From contig OZ219785.1 in NCBI GenBank assembly GCA_964291285.2, forward strand, positions 1,120,001 through 1,184,000: a stretch of 64,000 nucleotides of DNA, given 5' to 3'. The notes beneath the pieces were generated by a model. The model made no database searches, had not been told where the DNA came from, and saw nothing but the letters and a program-made list of their open reading frames with translations. The translations under genes and the position numbers were made by a program. How positions within the stretch are numbered: the stretch's first letter is position 1; the number at the start of each line of letters is the position of its first letter. This document shows, in pieces, positions 20,137-29,406 of this stretch. This DNA is from Alphaproteobacteria bacterium. GTDB lineage: Bacteria; Pseudomonadota; Alphaproteobacteria; Bin95.

Positions 20137-22521
20137 TCAGCCGACGAAGTCGAAATCGGCCTCGGTCAGTTGCGACGCCTGGATCCCCACCACGGTAACA
20201 GTCCCCAGGGACCAGGTGATGACCGCGCCGCTGTCGGACTGCCGGATCACGAGGTCGTCGAAGTCGAGCTCCGAGTCTTCCGTGTAGAAGTCGATGCGGT
20301 CTATTCCGTCCTCAAAGCCGACGATCTTGTCGTCGCCGCCCTTCGTGAATCCGAACGAGTCGTAGCCCGGGCGGCCCCGGAGCGTGTCGTCGCCCTTGCT
20401 GTCGTCGAGTGCCCAGTCGGGCAGGCCGACGAAGTGAAAATCGGCCTCGGTCAGTTGCGAAGTCTGGATCCCCTCCAGGGTGATGGTCCCCAGGGACCAG
20501 TTGATGGCAGCGCCGCTGTCGGACTGCCAGATCTCAAGGTCCTCGAAGCCGAGTTCCCCGTCGATCGAGTGGAAGTCGAGGCGGTCCGTTCCGTCCTCGA
20601 AGTCAAGGATCGTATCGTCGCTGCCATCGTTGAATCCCCACTGGCTCCAGTAGCCCTTCTCGAAGAAACCGAATCGGTCGGCGCCCTCCCCGCCCCGGAG
20701 CGTGTCAACCCCCAAACCACCCGAGAGGAAATCGTTGCCCTTGCCGCCTTCCAGCGTGTCGTCGCCGTTACGACCGGTCAGAAAGTCGTGGCCGTCCCCA
20801 CCCCAGAGCTCATCATCGCCCGAATTGCCGCGGAGGAGGTCGTTACCCCCGCCGCCATAGATTATGTCATCGCCTTTTCGACCGTAGAGCTTGTCGTCAC
20901 CCGAGTTGCCGTAGATCGTGTCGTCGCACGCGGTGCCAAAGAGCCAATCGCGGTCCGCGCTGCCACGAATGGTCACGCCGCAGGCCTCAACGTCGAGCGT
21001 CCCATCGCCCGAAGTGCCCGGGATCGTGTCTTTGTCCTCGCCGCCGTCGTTGTCATCGTCGAGGGGGTTGCCGCCGTCGTTGTCGTTATCGAGGGGGTTG
21101 CCGCCGTCGTTGTCGTTATCGAGGGGGTTGCCGCCGTCGTTGTCGTTATCGAGGGGGTTGCCGCCGTCGTTGTCGTTATCGAGGGGATTGCCGCCGTCGT
21201 TGTCGTCGTCGCTCGTACTGGCGCCGTAAGCGGCCTTTTCGTCGCCGCCACCGCCAGCAGGCAGGATGAAGTCGTTCGCATCCAGACTGTCTGCCGACAC
21301 GCCCGACAGCCTGATCGTGTCGCCGCCGCCGCCGTAGCGAATGACGGTATCGGCGCCGTCCTGCTCGATGACCAGTGCCGTGAACCCGCCGGATACGCCG
21401 TCGAGGCGAATCCGGTCGCCGGCTCCGAAGTCGGTAATGATGTCGGCGCCGTCTCCCGCCTCGAACACGAAGGTGTCGGCGCCCTTGCCGCCCCCCAGCG
21501 TGTCATCGCCCGCGCCGCCGCGCAGCGTGTCGGCACCCCTGGCGCCGCGCAGCGTGTCGTCGCCCGCGCCGCCGTCCAGCGTGTCGTTGCCCTTGCCGCC
21601 CCCCAGCGTATCGTCGCCAGCCCCGCCGGTCAGCGTGTCGGCGCCCAGGCCGCCATAGAGGAGGTCGTCGCCGGCCCCGCCGATCAGCGTGTCGGCGCCC
21701 CCGTAGCCACGCAGGGTGTCGGCGCCATCACCACCGGTGAGCGTGTCCGCGTCCTTGCTACCCTTCAGCACCTCCCCGCCAGAAGGCCCGCCGCTCGAGG
21801 CATCATCGTCGCCGTCATCGTTGCCGTCCGGCGGCGCACCCTGTGCAGGAGCGTCCTCGCCGCCGCCCTCCGGCGAGGCTGCCTCGACGGGAAGAAACCG
21901 GAAGTCGTCCGCGCCAAGGGAGGCCGCCGTCACGCCCTCCAGCTTGATCGTGTCGCCGTCGCCGTAGCGGATGACGGTATGGAAGCCCTTCTGCTCGATC
22001 ACCAGATCCCCGAAACCGCCGGACACCCCGGCGATCTCGATGATGTCGCCAGCCTCGAAATCGCCGATGTAATCGGCCCCGTCGCCGACCGCGAACGCAA
22101 AGACGTCATGGCCACTGCCGCCATAGAGCGAGTCCGCGCCCCGGCCGCCGGTCAGCCTGTCGGCGCCCCGGCCGCCTTCCAGACGGTCGTTGCCCGCACC
22201 GCCATAGAGCGTGTCGTCCCCGTCGCCGCCATAGAGCGTGTCGTTGTCCGTGCCGCCGTCCAGCGTGTCGTCGCCCGCGCCGCCGTCCAGCACATCGTTG
22301 CCAGCGCCGCCGTCCAGCGTGTCATCGTCCGAGCTGCCGGGGTTCATGAGGAGAAAGTCCGCGTCGGCTCCCGGGCTTGCGGTTCCGCCCGTCAGCGTGT
22401 CGTCGCCGTCGCCGCCCGTCAGGATGTCGTCGCCGAGGCCGCCCGTCAGGATGTCATTGCCGAGGCCACCCGTCAGGGTGTCGTCGGCAGCGCCGCCGGT
22501 CCGGGAAATATCCTGTGTCAT
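20137..22521 (-). CDS. Second RTX-type calcium-binding secreted protein, modular
   Basis: GGxGxDxL repeats, two pairs of duplicated non-repeat domains, acidic linker; GAGGAG RBS. Confidence 0.92.
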   Translation of the reverse strand: MTQDISRTGGAADDTLTGGLGNDILTGGLGDDILTGGDGDDTLTGGTASPGADADFLLMNPGSSDDDTLDGGAGNDVLDGGAGDDTLDGGTDNDTLYGGDGDDTLYGGAGNDRLEGGRGADRLTGGRGADSLYGGSGHDVFAFAVGDGADYIGDFEAGDIIEIAGVSGGFGDLVIEQKGFHTVIRYGDGDTIKLEGVTAASLGADDFRFLPVEAASPEGGGEDAPAQGAPPDGNDDGDDDASSGGPSGGEVLKGSKDADTLTGGDGADTLRGYGGADTLIGGAGDDLLYGGLGADTLTGGAGDDTLGGGKGNDTLDGGAGDDTLRGARGADTLRGGAGDDTLGGGKGADTFVFEAGDGADIITDFGAGDRIRLDGVSGGFTALVIEQDGADTVIRYGGGGDTIRLSGVSADSLDANDFILPAGGGGDEKAAYGASTSDDDNDGGNPLDNDNDGGNPLDNDNDGGNPLDNDNDGGNPLDNDNDGGNPLDDDNDGGEDKDTIPGTSGDGTLDVEACGVTIRGSADRDWLFGTACDDTIYGNSGDDKLYGRKGDDIIYGGGGNDLLRGNSGDDELWGGDGHDFLTGRNGDDTLEGGKGNDFLSGGLGVDTLRGGEGADRFGFFEKGYWSQWGFNDGSDDTILDFEDGTDRLDFHSIDGELGFEDLEIWQSDSGAAINWSLGTITLEGIQTSQLTEADFHFVGLPDWALDDSKGDDTLRGRPGYDSFGFTKGGDDKIVGFEDGIDRIDFYTEDSELDFDDLVIRQSDSGAVITWSLGTVTVVGIQASQLTEADFDFVG
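21040..21210 (-). repeat. In-frame 30-bp tandem repeat (about 5.7 copies) encoding DNDNDGGNPL
   Basis: GAGGGGGTTGCCGCCGTCGTTGTCGTTATC repeated at 21061, 21091, 21121, 21151 and (variant) 21181, plus a partial copy. Confidence 0.95.
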
Positions 22522-22676
22522 CGCGCTCTCTCCTCAACGCATGGGTCCATGGCAGGGCATGAAGGCATCCCGAGCCGAAAGTCTATTCCGTGCCGGCAGC
22601 CGCGGCAAGCGCCCAGGGAAAATTTTTAGTCGAACCGCGGGCTTTGTCTGAGTGATGTCGGTCTGGCTGCCGGTGT

Positions 22677-23080
22677 TTGCCGTGAAAATTGTTGGGGATC
22701 GGGCGCAAAAAAAACCTCCCCGCCAAAGCACTGCTCCCGAGGCGTCCGATACTCGCCATCTGCGGCGCCCGTCTTGCGGACCCTGACCGGTAGGCAACCC
22801 CGTAAAAGCCCGAAGTCCCGCCCGCGCGGCCGGCACCTGTTTTCATGATACGGGGTGGCCGACCCGCCCGACAATGAAGGTTTTGCCGTGAAAATTGTTG
22901 GGGATCGGGCGCACAAAACCCCTCCCCGCCAAAGCACTGCTCCCGAGGCGTCCGATACTCGCCATCTGCGGCGCCCGTCTTGCGGACCGTGACCGGTAGG
23001 CAACCCCGTAAAAGCCCGAAGTCCCGCCCGCGCGGCCGGCACCTGTTTTCATGATACGGGGTGGCCGACCCGCCCGACAA
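22677..23080 (+). repeat. Two tandem copies (206-bp period) of a 198-bp non-coding element
   Basis: 22677-22874 and 22883-23080 nearly identical; third inverted copy at 31905-32102. Confidence 0.93.
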
Positions 23081-23228
23081 TGAAGGTTTTGGGGAACCCC
23101 AGACGTTTCTGGCCGCCGTCATGGTGGTTTCTTGATGCCGCGGTCCAGTGTTTTCGTCCTCGACGGGCGCAGTTGTTTTGCTGCGCCGTTCTTCGGCCCG
23201 AGCCTGTATTGCGGTGGGGGGTGGGGTA

Positions 23229-25025
23229 TCAGCCTCTGGGCGCGATCATAATCGCGTCGAGGGCCTCTTGGGCGCGGGCGGCGTAGTGCCGGTTGGCCTC
23301 GGGTACATATCGGAAGCGTCCGTCGCAGCGCACGATAGCGATGGCCGCGTTGCTCAAGCAGGCCAGATTTCCGGGCAGGTGGCGCACATATGCCCGGCAA
23401 CGGTCTTCGTCATAGGTGAAGTCACGCACATAGTGCACACGGTTCTCAATGTGCCAGTGGTTGCGCACCAGATCGAGAAGCTCCTTGGGGCCGGCTCGCT
23501 CTGCGCCAAGCGACGTCAGGCTCCAGGTGACCTCGATGCTGCGCTTGCCGGTTTTGAGCATCTTGCGCTCGCGTTCCATGCGCATTGCCTGGCGGCGCCC
23601 GTGAAGGTGGGCGTAGCCGTCCCACTCGGCAGCGCAGAGGTCGACGACGGCGCAGCGTCGGCGCTCAATGCGACCATGGCCCTTGTCGACGGTTTCGTGC
23701 CAGGGCGCATCGCTGAAGTCGATCGCCTTGAGGTCTTCGAGGATGGTCTGCTGGTTGCCCTTCACCGCGCTGACCACGTAGTCGGCACGGCGTTCGAGCA
23801 GGCAACGCGCGGTCTCGTGCTGGGCGTGCATCGCATCGATGGTGACGATCCGGCCTGTGAGGTCGAGACCGCTGGAGAGTTCGCGCACGGCCGGGATTTC
23901 GTTGCTTTTGGAGCTGACTTCGACCTGCCCGAGGACCACGCCGGTGTCATGCGCCACCGCAGCGACCATCCTCCTGCGCCGGTCTTCGCTCTGCTTCGAG
24001 GCACCGCGCAAATCCTTTCCGTCCATGGCCACAGGCGCGTGCGCACTGCTGTGCTGTCCGGCCCACTGGCCGATGGCATTGTCCAGGGTCTGTGGCGGCA
24101 GGGCGGCGAGGATGTTGTGGAAGGTGGTGACCGCCGGCGGCGTGTAGCACTGCCTGGATGGGCTCCAGAAGGCGCCCACCGCCTTGAGTTGCTTCTGGGA
24201 GAGCAGGGCGGCGAACTGGGCGAAGGCGTTCACACCCCGGTATCCGGCAAGCCGGGCGGCAACGGCCAGCGTCAGAATGGTGGTGAGCGCATAGCGCTTG
24301 CCCCGGGCATGGCGGTATTCGGGCACCTCGCCCAAACACTCGAACAGGCTGCGCAGCCGGGGCGCCGCCATCGGCTCGGTGTGCTGCTCAGCGTTCCAGT
24401 CTGCCGGTATCTCGGGATGGCTCAGCGCCTCGGGGGCGCCGTGTGTCAGTTCGAACACGAAGACCTCCTTGGGCTGGCCGTGGTGACGCCAGCGCGCCAC
24501 CCCTCCGGGCTCGCGGGCAAAGCCGCGCGTCAGACCCAAAGAGCGCCAGTTGGCCGCGCGGTAGCAGGTGCCGGCGAAGCGCGAGACGTCCACAAACGTC
24601 TCCGCCACAACAGCCGGATAGCCATGCGCCGCCCGCAGGTCCTGCGACAGCCGCCGCACGCTCAGCCCCAGCACCCGCGAGGCAAGGTTGGGAACCCGCT
24701 CAGGCGTCAGGATGACAAAGCGCGAGTTGTTGGCAACCAGATGCAGGCGACGGAACTGCTGCTCCGCCGACCACCCGATCCAGCGGTCCCGCGCTCCCAC
24801 CTTGAACGCTCCAGGCTGCCAGCCAACCAGGGCAAGCCAGGCCTCGCCATGAACCGCGACATGGCGCAGACCCTTGCCGATGATGCCGTGGAACCGCAGA
24901 TAGTGGTGCGCCGCTACCAAATCGTCCCAGCGCCGGTGCTCCCGTGCCCCCCAGGTCGGGCGCACCGTGACCGCGCGAAGATCAACCCAAACACCCGCAA
25001 ACAGAAACCTCGCCATGACCGGCAC
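23229..25025 (-). CDS. ISAs1-family transposase with N-terminal DUF4338 (DruA-like) domain
   Basis: N-terminal HHYL, NNSRF, NLAS, ETFVD..RF.GTCYRAANW; C-terminal AMDGKDLRG, KSNEIPA, TIDAMHAQ, VRNHWHIEN; start 25025 or 25016. Confidence 0.88.
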   Translation of the reverse strand: MPVMARFLFAGVWVDLRAVTVRPTWGAREHRRWDDLVAAHHYLRFHGIIGKGLRHVAVHGEAWLALVGWQPGAFKVGARDRWIGWSAEQQFRRLHLVANNSRFVILTPERVPNLASRVLGLSVRRLSQDLRAAHGYPAVVAETFVDVSRFAGTCYRAANWRSLGLTRGFAREPGGVARWRHHGQPKEVFVFELTHGAPEALSHPEIPADWNAEQHTEPMAAPRLRSLFECLGEVPEYRHARGKRYALTTILTLAVAARLAGYRGVNAFAQFAALLSQKQLKAVGAFWSPSRQCYTPPAVTTFHNILAALPPQTLDNAIGQWAGQHSSAHAPVAMDGKDLRGASKQSEDRRRRMVAAVAHDTGVVLGQVEVSSKSNEIPAVRELSSGLDLTGRIVTIDAMHAQHETARCLLERRADYVVSAVKGNQQTILEDLKAIDFSDAPWHETVDKGHGRIERRRCAVVDLCAAEWDGYAHLHGRRQAMRMERERKMLKTGKRSIEVTWSLTSLGAERAGPKELLDLVRNHWHIENRVHYVRDFTYDEDRCRAYVRHLPGNLACLSNAAIAIVRCDGRFRYVPEANRHYAARAQEALDAIMIAPRG

Positions 25026-25123
25026 ACTGCCATATCAAGAAAAAAATAGCCACCCCGGACCCCACCTCAACATGGCCCAAAGGCAGACAATTAATTCGCC
25101 CTGGAGGAAAGCACCGCTTCGAG

Positions 25124-26193
25124 AAATTTGCGCTGTGGGGTTTTTTCGGTCGGATGGGACGTTGGGTCCGGGTGTTGATGTTGTTTGTTCCGGCGTTCGA
25201 GGCGGTCGCCGCGGTTGCTTTTCGAACTTGAGCGGCCCAGCCCGGCAGCATCGCCGGCCTTCGGTCGCGTTTGTCCGTATGCCGGGGTCCGGCGGGTTGG
25301 ATCAGCGTTGTCGGCAGCCGGCTGAGGGGTCAGCCGGTATCGAGGTATGGCGCCGGGCCGACCAGGGAGCGCATGCGTGCGACGCGTCTGGCGCGGGCCT
25401 GTGCAAGCGCCATGGCCATCATGACCGCCAGGGCCAGGCCGATGCGGGTCTTCATCCTGGCGCGACCGCGGATGTAGTGGGTCTCGAAGTTGAAGCTGCG
25501 GTCGAGGCGGGCGTTGATCCGCTCCATGGCGGTGCGCCGGTTGTATCCGCGTCGCCATGACGGGCTGCCCCAGGGCGTGGGCGTGAAGAGGCGCCGGTCA
25601 TGGCTGTCGAGATCGACGCGCAGGATGCGGCCGTATTCGCCGGACTTCACCCCACCCGCCCGATGGCAGGCCCGGCGTCCCTTGCACTCGAAGCCGAAGG
25701 CGGCTGCGGGGCAGCGGTATTTGAGCGTGCCGCAGACGCCGCGCCCGGCCTCGAACCCCTGGAAGGCCATGGCGCGGACCTCGCCGGTCTGCGGGCACAC
25801 GCAGGACACCCGGCCGCGTTCGTCATGAACGATGACGTCGGCGCGCCCGGGGAACAGCGGTCGCGTGATCGGCCGGGCCGGGTCATGGCCCGGCTCCTTC
25901 TTCTCGACCCGCCACATCGGGCGCGTGTCGATCAGCGGGCGGATATGCCACCTGTCCCACAGCCGCGCCTTCAGGCGGGCGTTGTCGAGACCGCGGTCGG
26001 CGCTGAAATCGGCGCAGCGCCCGGCCATCTCCGGCGCCCCGGCGAACAACTCCTCCAGCATCCCGGACAGCACCCCGGGTTCCGATGCCGACGCCCGCGT
26101 CACCTCGAAGGCCACAGGAACCTCGTAGTCCGTGTCGGCGATCAGGTGAAGCCCGTAGCCGAACCACGACTTCACCTTCTTCCACACCGCGCC
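25124..26193 (-). pseudogene. DDE transposase remnant, 5'-truncated at the recombinase-pair end motif (open frame 25330-26187)
   Basis: KSWFGYGLHLIAD, SADRGLD, YNRRTAMERINARLD; N-terminal part absent. Confidence 0.85.
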
Positions 26194-26243
26194 CGCACCG
26201 GTGGGTGCTAACTATCTGACGCAGCGTCGTTTTTTCTCCCGAA
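26194..26243 (+). repeat. Conserved 50-bp element end, internal copy
   Basis: CGCACCggTGGGTGCTAACTATCTGACgcAGCGTCGTTTTTTCTCCCGAA, 46/50 identical to the reverse complement of 51080-51129. Confidence 0.93.
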
Positions 26244-26312
26244 GTGTAGCGGTCGGGCAAGCGGGTCGCAAGGGCCCGTTCCCCGCCTGCAACTGGAGCC
26301 GGGAGAAACGCA

Positions 26313-27437
26313 ATGGCGAAGACTACCCTCACCGAGGCGCGCGTGAAGGCGCTCAAGCCCCGCAGGTCCGTCCGCGAGGTCCGCGACGGCAGGCTCAGGG
26401 GGTTCGGCGTCCGGGTGTCGCCCTCGGGCCGCAAGCAGTTCTTCATCCACTGCCAGCATCGCGGCGCGCGTATCTGGAAGATCGTCGGCGACGCCGGGTC
26501 GATGAGCGTCACGGACGCGCGGGCTGCGGCTGCGGACATGCTCACCGCCATCAGGCGCGGCGGGGAAGCGCCGCCTGCGCCGGACGAGACGGTCTTCGAG
26601 GCTGTCGCCGAAACCGTGTTCGAGCGCCATGAGCGCCTCTGGAAGGCCGGAACGCTCCATGTGAACCGGGGCTACCTTCGCAATCAGCTGCTGCCGCATT
26701 TCGCCGGGCGTCCGGTTGCCGCCATCGACCGGCAGGAGGTAAGGAACTGGTTCGCCCGCCTGCGCGCGGTGCCGGTGGCGGCCGACAGGTCGATGCCGGT
26801 GCTGTCCGTCATCATGAGGGAAGCGGAGGCCATGAGCCTGCGCCCGGAGGGTTCCAACCCCTGCCGGGGCATCCGCCGCTACCGCCGCAAGGGCCGCGAG
26901 CGGTTCCTCCCGGACGAGGAAATCCGTCGCCTGTCCGGAAGACTCAAGGCGCATGAGGCCTGCTGGCCGCAGCATGTCGCCGTCATCCGCCTGCTGCTGC
27001 TGACCGGCTGCCGCAAGGGCGAGATCCTCACCCTGCAATGGTCCGATTACCGCGAAGGCCGCCTGTTTCTCCGCGATTCCAAGACGGGGCCGAGAACCGT
27101 CTGGCTGTCGGAGCCGGCCCGGACGGTGCTTGATCGTCTCGAGCGTAAGGGGCGATGGATATTCCCCGCATCTCGGGGCGACCGGCCCCGGAGCGGGTGC
27201 TGGCTGGACCACTTCTGGCGCAGGGTCCGCGCCGAGGCGGACCTGGAGGACGCCCGCCTTCACGATTTGCGCCATACGCATGCGAGCCTTGCCCTCAGGC
27301 AGGGCGAGACGGTGCTCGCCATCGGCAAGCTGCTGGGCCACCGCAGGCCGGAAACCACGCTGAAATATACCCATGTCGCCGACGCCATGGTGCAAGACGC
27401 AGCCGAGACGGTCGGCGCCGTGCTGGAGGCAGACTGA
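26313..27437 (+). CDS. Tyrosine recombinase A of pair 1 (N-terminal arm-binding domain)
   Basis: GFGVRVSPSGRK arm domain; TGCR, SKTG, HDLRH, LLGH, TLKY catalytic set intact. Confidence 0.95.
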   Translation: MAKTTLTEARVKALKPRRSVREVRDGRLRGFGVRVSPSGRKQFFIHCQHRGARIWKIVGDAGSMSVTDARAAAADMLTAIRRGGEAPPAPDETVFEAVAETVFERHERLWKAGTLHVNRGYLRNQLLPHFAGRPVAAIDRQEVRNWFARLRAVPVAADRSMPVLSVIMREAEAMSLRPEGSNPCRGIRRYRRKGRERFLPDEEIRRLSGRLKAHEACWPQHVAVIRLLLLTGCRKGEILTLQWSDYREGRLFLRDSKTGPRTVWLSEPARTVLDRLERKGRWIFPASRGDRPRSGCWLDHFWRRVRAEADLEDARLHDLRHTHASLALRQGETVLAIGKLLGHRRPETTLKYTHVADAMVQDAAETVGAVLEAD

Positions 27438-28582
27438 TGGCGGGCCGGGAACGGATGAAACTCACCGACGCCGCCGTCGCCCGTCTCCGCCCCCGCGGGC
27501 GGGAATATACGGTCCGGGACACGCGCATCGCCGGCCTTGGCGTCCGGGTGCGGCCCACCGGCGGGCGCAGCTGGGTGCTGCTGCTCGACAGCGGCGGGCG
27601 CACCAGGCGCGTCTCGCTCGGCCCGGTTGGCGTGAAGAGCGCCGCCGAAGCCCGCCGGGAGGCTCTCGAGCGCCAGGCGGCCCCGCAGCCGGAGGAGACA
27701 GCCGCGCCGCCCGGCGCGGCCCCGCTGTTCCGGGATTTCGTCGCGGGTTCGTGGAAGCAGGCACACTTCGACCGCTACAAGCCGTCGGGCCAGCAAACCG
27801 CGTCCGGGATACTCCGGCGACAATTGCTTCCCGCATTCGGCCCGAAGCCGCTCGACCGCATTGTGCCGGGCCATGTCCGGCAGTGGTTCGACCGCTACAG
27901 CCGGACCGCACCCGGCGGCGCCAACCGCGCTTTCACCCTCCTTCACCAGATCATGAACTTCGCCCTCGCCTGCGGTCATGTCGAGGTCAATCCGGCCAGG
28001 CACATGAGAAGGAACCGCCGCCCGGCACTCACACGGTTCCTGTCCCGGGAGGAACTCGCACGTCTCCATGCCGCCCTGGACGCGCAGACCCGGAAGAGCG
28101 CGCGGCAGCAGGCCGACATTGTCCGGCTGCTGCTGCTGACCGGCTGCCGCAGAAGCGAGATCACGGGCCTCGGCTGGTCGGAAGTCCGCGAGGACGGGCT
28201 GGCGCTCACCGATGCCAAGACCGGACCGAGGACCGTTCCGCTCGGCAGCGGCGCGCGGGCCATTCTCGACCGGCAGCCGCGCACGGGCAGCGCGTTCGTG
28301 TTTCCCTCGCCGCGCGACCCCGCCCGCCCGCGCAGCCCCGACCTGCCGCTCTGGTACCGCGTCAGACGCGAAGCCGGCATCGGGGATGTCCGCCTCCACG
28401 ACCTGCGCCATACCATGGCCAGCCATGCCGTCATGAACGGCGTGCCCGTTCCGGTGGTCTCCCGCCTGCTCGGACATTCCGATGTGCGCATGACGCTGCG
28501 CTATGCCCATCTCGCCGACCGCGACATCGAAGCCGCCGCGGAACGCGTCGGGCAGGCCATGAACGCCATCATGGAGACATAG
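27437..28582 (+). CDS. Tyrosine recombinase B of pair 1 (N-terminal arm-binding domain)
   Basis: TGATG coupling to A; GLGVRVRPTGGRSW; TGCR, AKTG, HDLRH, LLGH, TLRY intact. Confidence 0.95.
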   Translation: MAGRERMKLTDAAVARLRPRGREYTVRDTRIAGLGVRVRPTGGRSWVLLLDSGGRTRRVSLGPVGVKSAAEARREALERQAAPQPEETAAPPGAAPLFRDFVAGSWKQAHFDRYKPSGQQTASGILRRQLLPAFGPKPLDRIVPGHVRQWFDRYSRTAPGGANRAFTLLHQIMNFALACGHVEVNPARHMRRNRRPALTRFLSREELARLHAALDAQTRKSARQQADIVRLLLLTGCRRSEITGLGWSEVREDGLALTDAKTGPRTVPLGSGARAILDRQPRTGSAFVFPSPRDPARPRSPDLPLWYRVRREAGIGDVRLHDLRHTMASHAVMNGVPVPVVSRLLGHSDVRMTLRYAHLADRDIEAAAERVGQAMNAIMET

Positions 28583-28856
28583 CCAAGGCTGAGGCGATCA
28601 ATCTGCTCCTTCATGACCAGACAGCACGATATCCGATGGTGCGGCGCCCGTGCGGGTGCTGCGCCGCATGGCCCGAAGCTGTGACAGCGGTCCCGGGCGT
28701 TTGCAATTAGGCTGCTGCCTGTGCTATCAGGCCGTGGAGAGAGGGGAAGAGTCGTGGCGGAGATGCCGGGCGAGTTAGCGATGCGCAGGCTGCTGCGGCT
28801 GTTGGGCCGGGGCGCGACCGCCTCGCGCGCGCGTGACCTTTTCGTACCCCCCCCCC

Positions 28857-29275
28857 CATAAGCGTTATCTTGTTTAGCGATTGAGGCTCGTTTAGCATTG
28901 TGCCGGTGGGCGAAGCTTGGGAACTGTGTTGATGGATAATGATTGGGAGCTTTTGGCGACGTTCTTGCCGTCTGACTGGCGAGAGTTGGCGTCGGAGCGC
29001 GGCGCGCTGAAGGGTTTGCGCAAGGAGAAGTCGGTCGAGAATCTGTTGCGCATGCTGTTGCTGCATGTCGGGTGCGGGCATTCGCTGCGTGAGACGGTGG
29101 TTCGGGCGAAGAAGGCGGGGCTGGGTGATTATTCGGCGGTATCGCTGATGAAGCGGCTGAGGAAGTCGAGGGACTGGCTTCAGGCGCTGTGCGTTGCACT
29201 TTTCCGGGAACGGGGGCTTGCGCTTGCGGCAGATGGCGGGTTTCAGGTTCGGGCTTTTGATGCGACGACGGTGAA
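28857..29275 (+). pseudogene. IS4-like transposase N-terminal remnant
   Basis: WRELASERGAL...LLRMLLLHVGCGHSLRETV...SAVSLMKRLRKS.DWL...RAFDATTV, then an abrupt break. Confidence 0.7.
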
Positions 29276-29406
29276 GCGGCTCCGCTCCACGTATCGCAGG
29301 GCGCTACGCGGAGCCGCGCGGGGCCCTCCTGTTGACTACCGGGACAACCTACAGAGGGGTCAATCTTCCGCGCCGATCCGGGGTCAACTTTGAACACCGA
29401 TTGACA
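29276..29406 (-). mobile_element. Isolated IS21-family end
   Basis: Minus strand begins TGTCAATCGGTGTTCAAAGTTGACCCC...AAGATTGACCCC (TG terminus and repeated binding boxes). Confidence 0.7.

Larger units (their letters stand above)
22614..25103 (-). mobile_element. ISAs1-family element (ends tentative)
   Basis: Imperfect IRs CAGGGAAAATTTTTAGTC and CAGGGCGAATTAATTGTC (13/18); no clear target duplication. Confidence 0.55.

Noticed and set aside
21040-21210. 30-bp repeats as a CRISPR array
   Set aside because: No spacers, in frame within an RTX gene, and no cas genes in the window
22534-23122. ORFs spanning the 198-bp tandem repeat (and the 5' part of 31819..32361)
   Set aside because: Several frames are open with no protein-like features or RBS; better explained as a non-coding repeat
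26313-28582. RIT element or integron integrase
   Set aside because: Only two recombinases, both with arm-binding N-termini; no third gene and no attC cassette array seen
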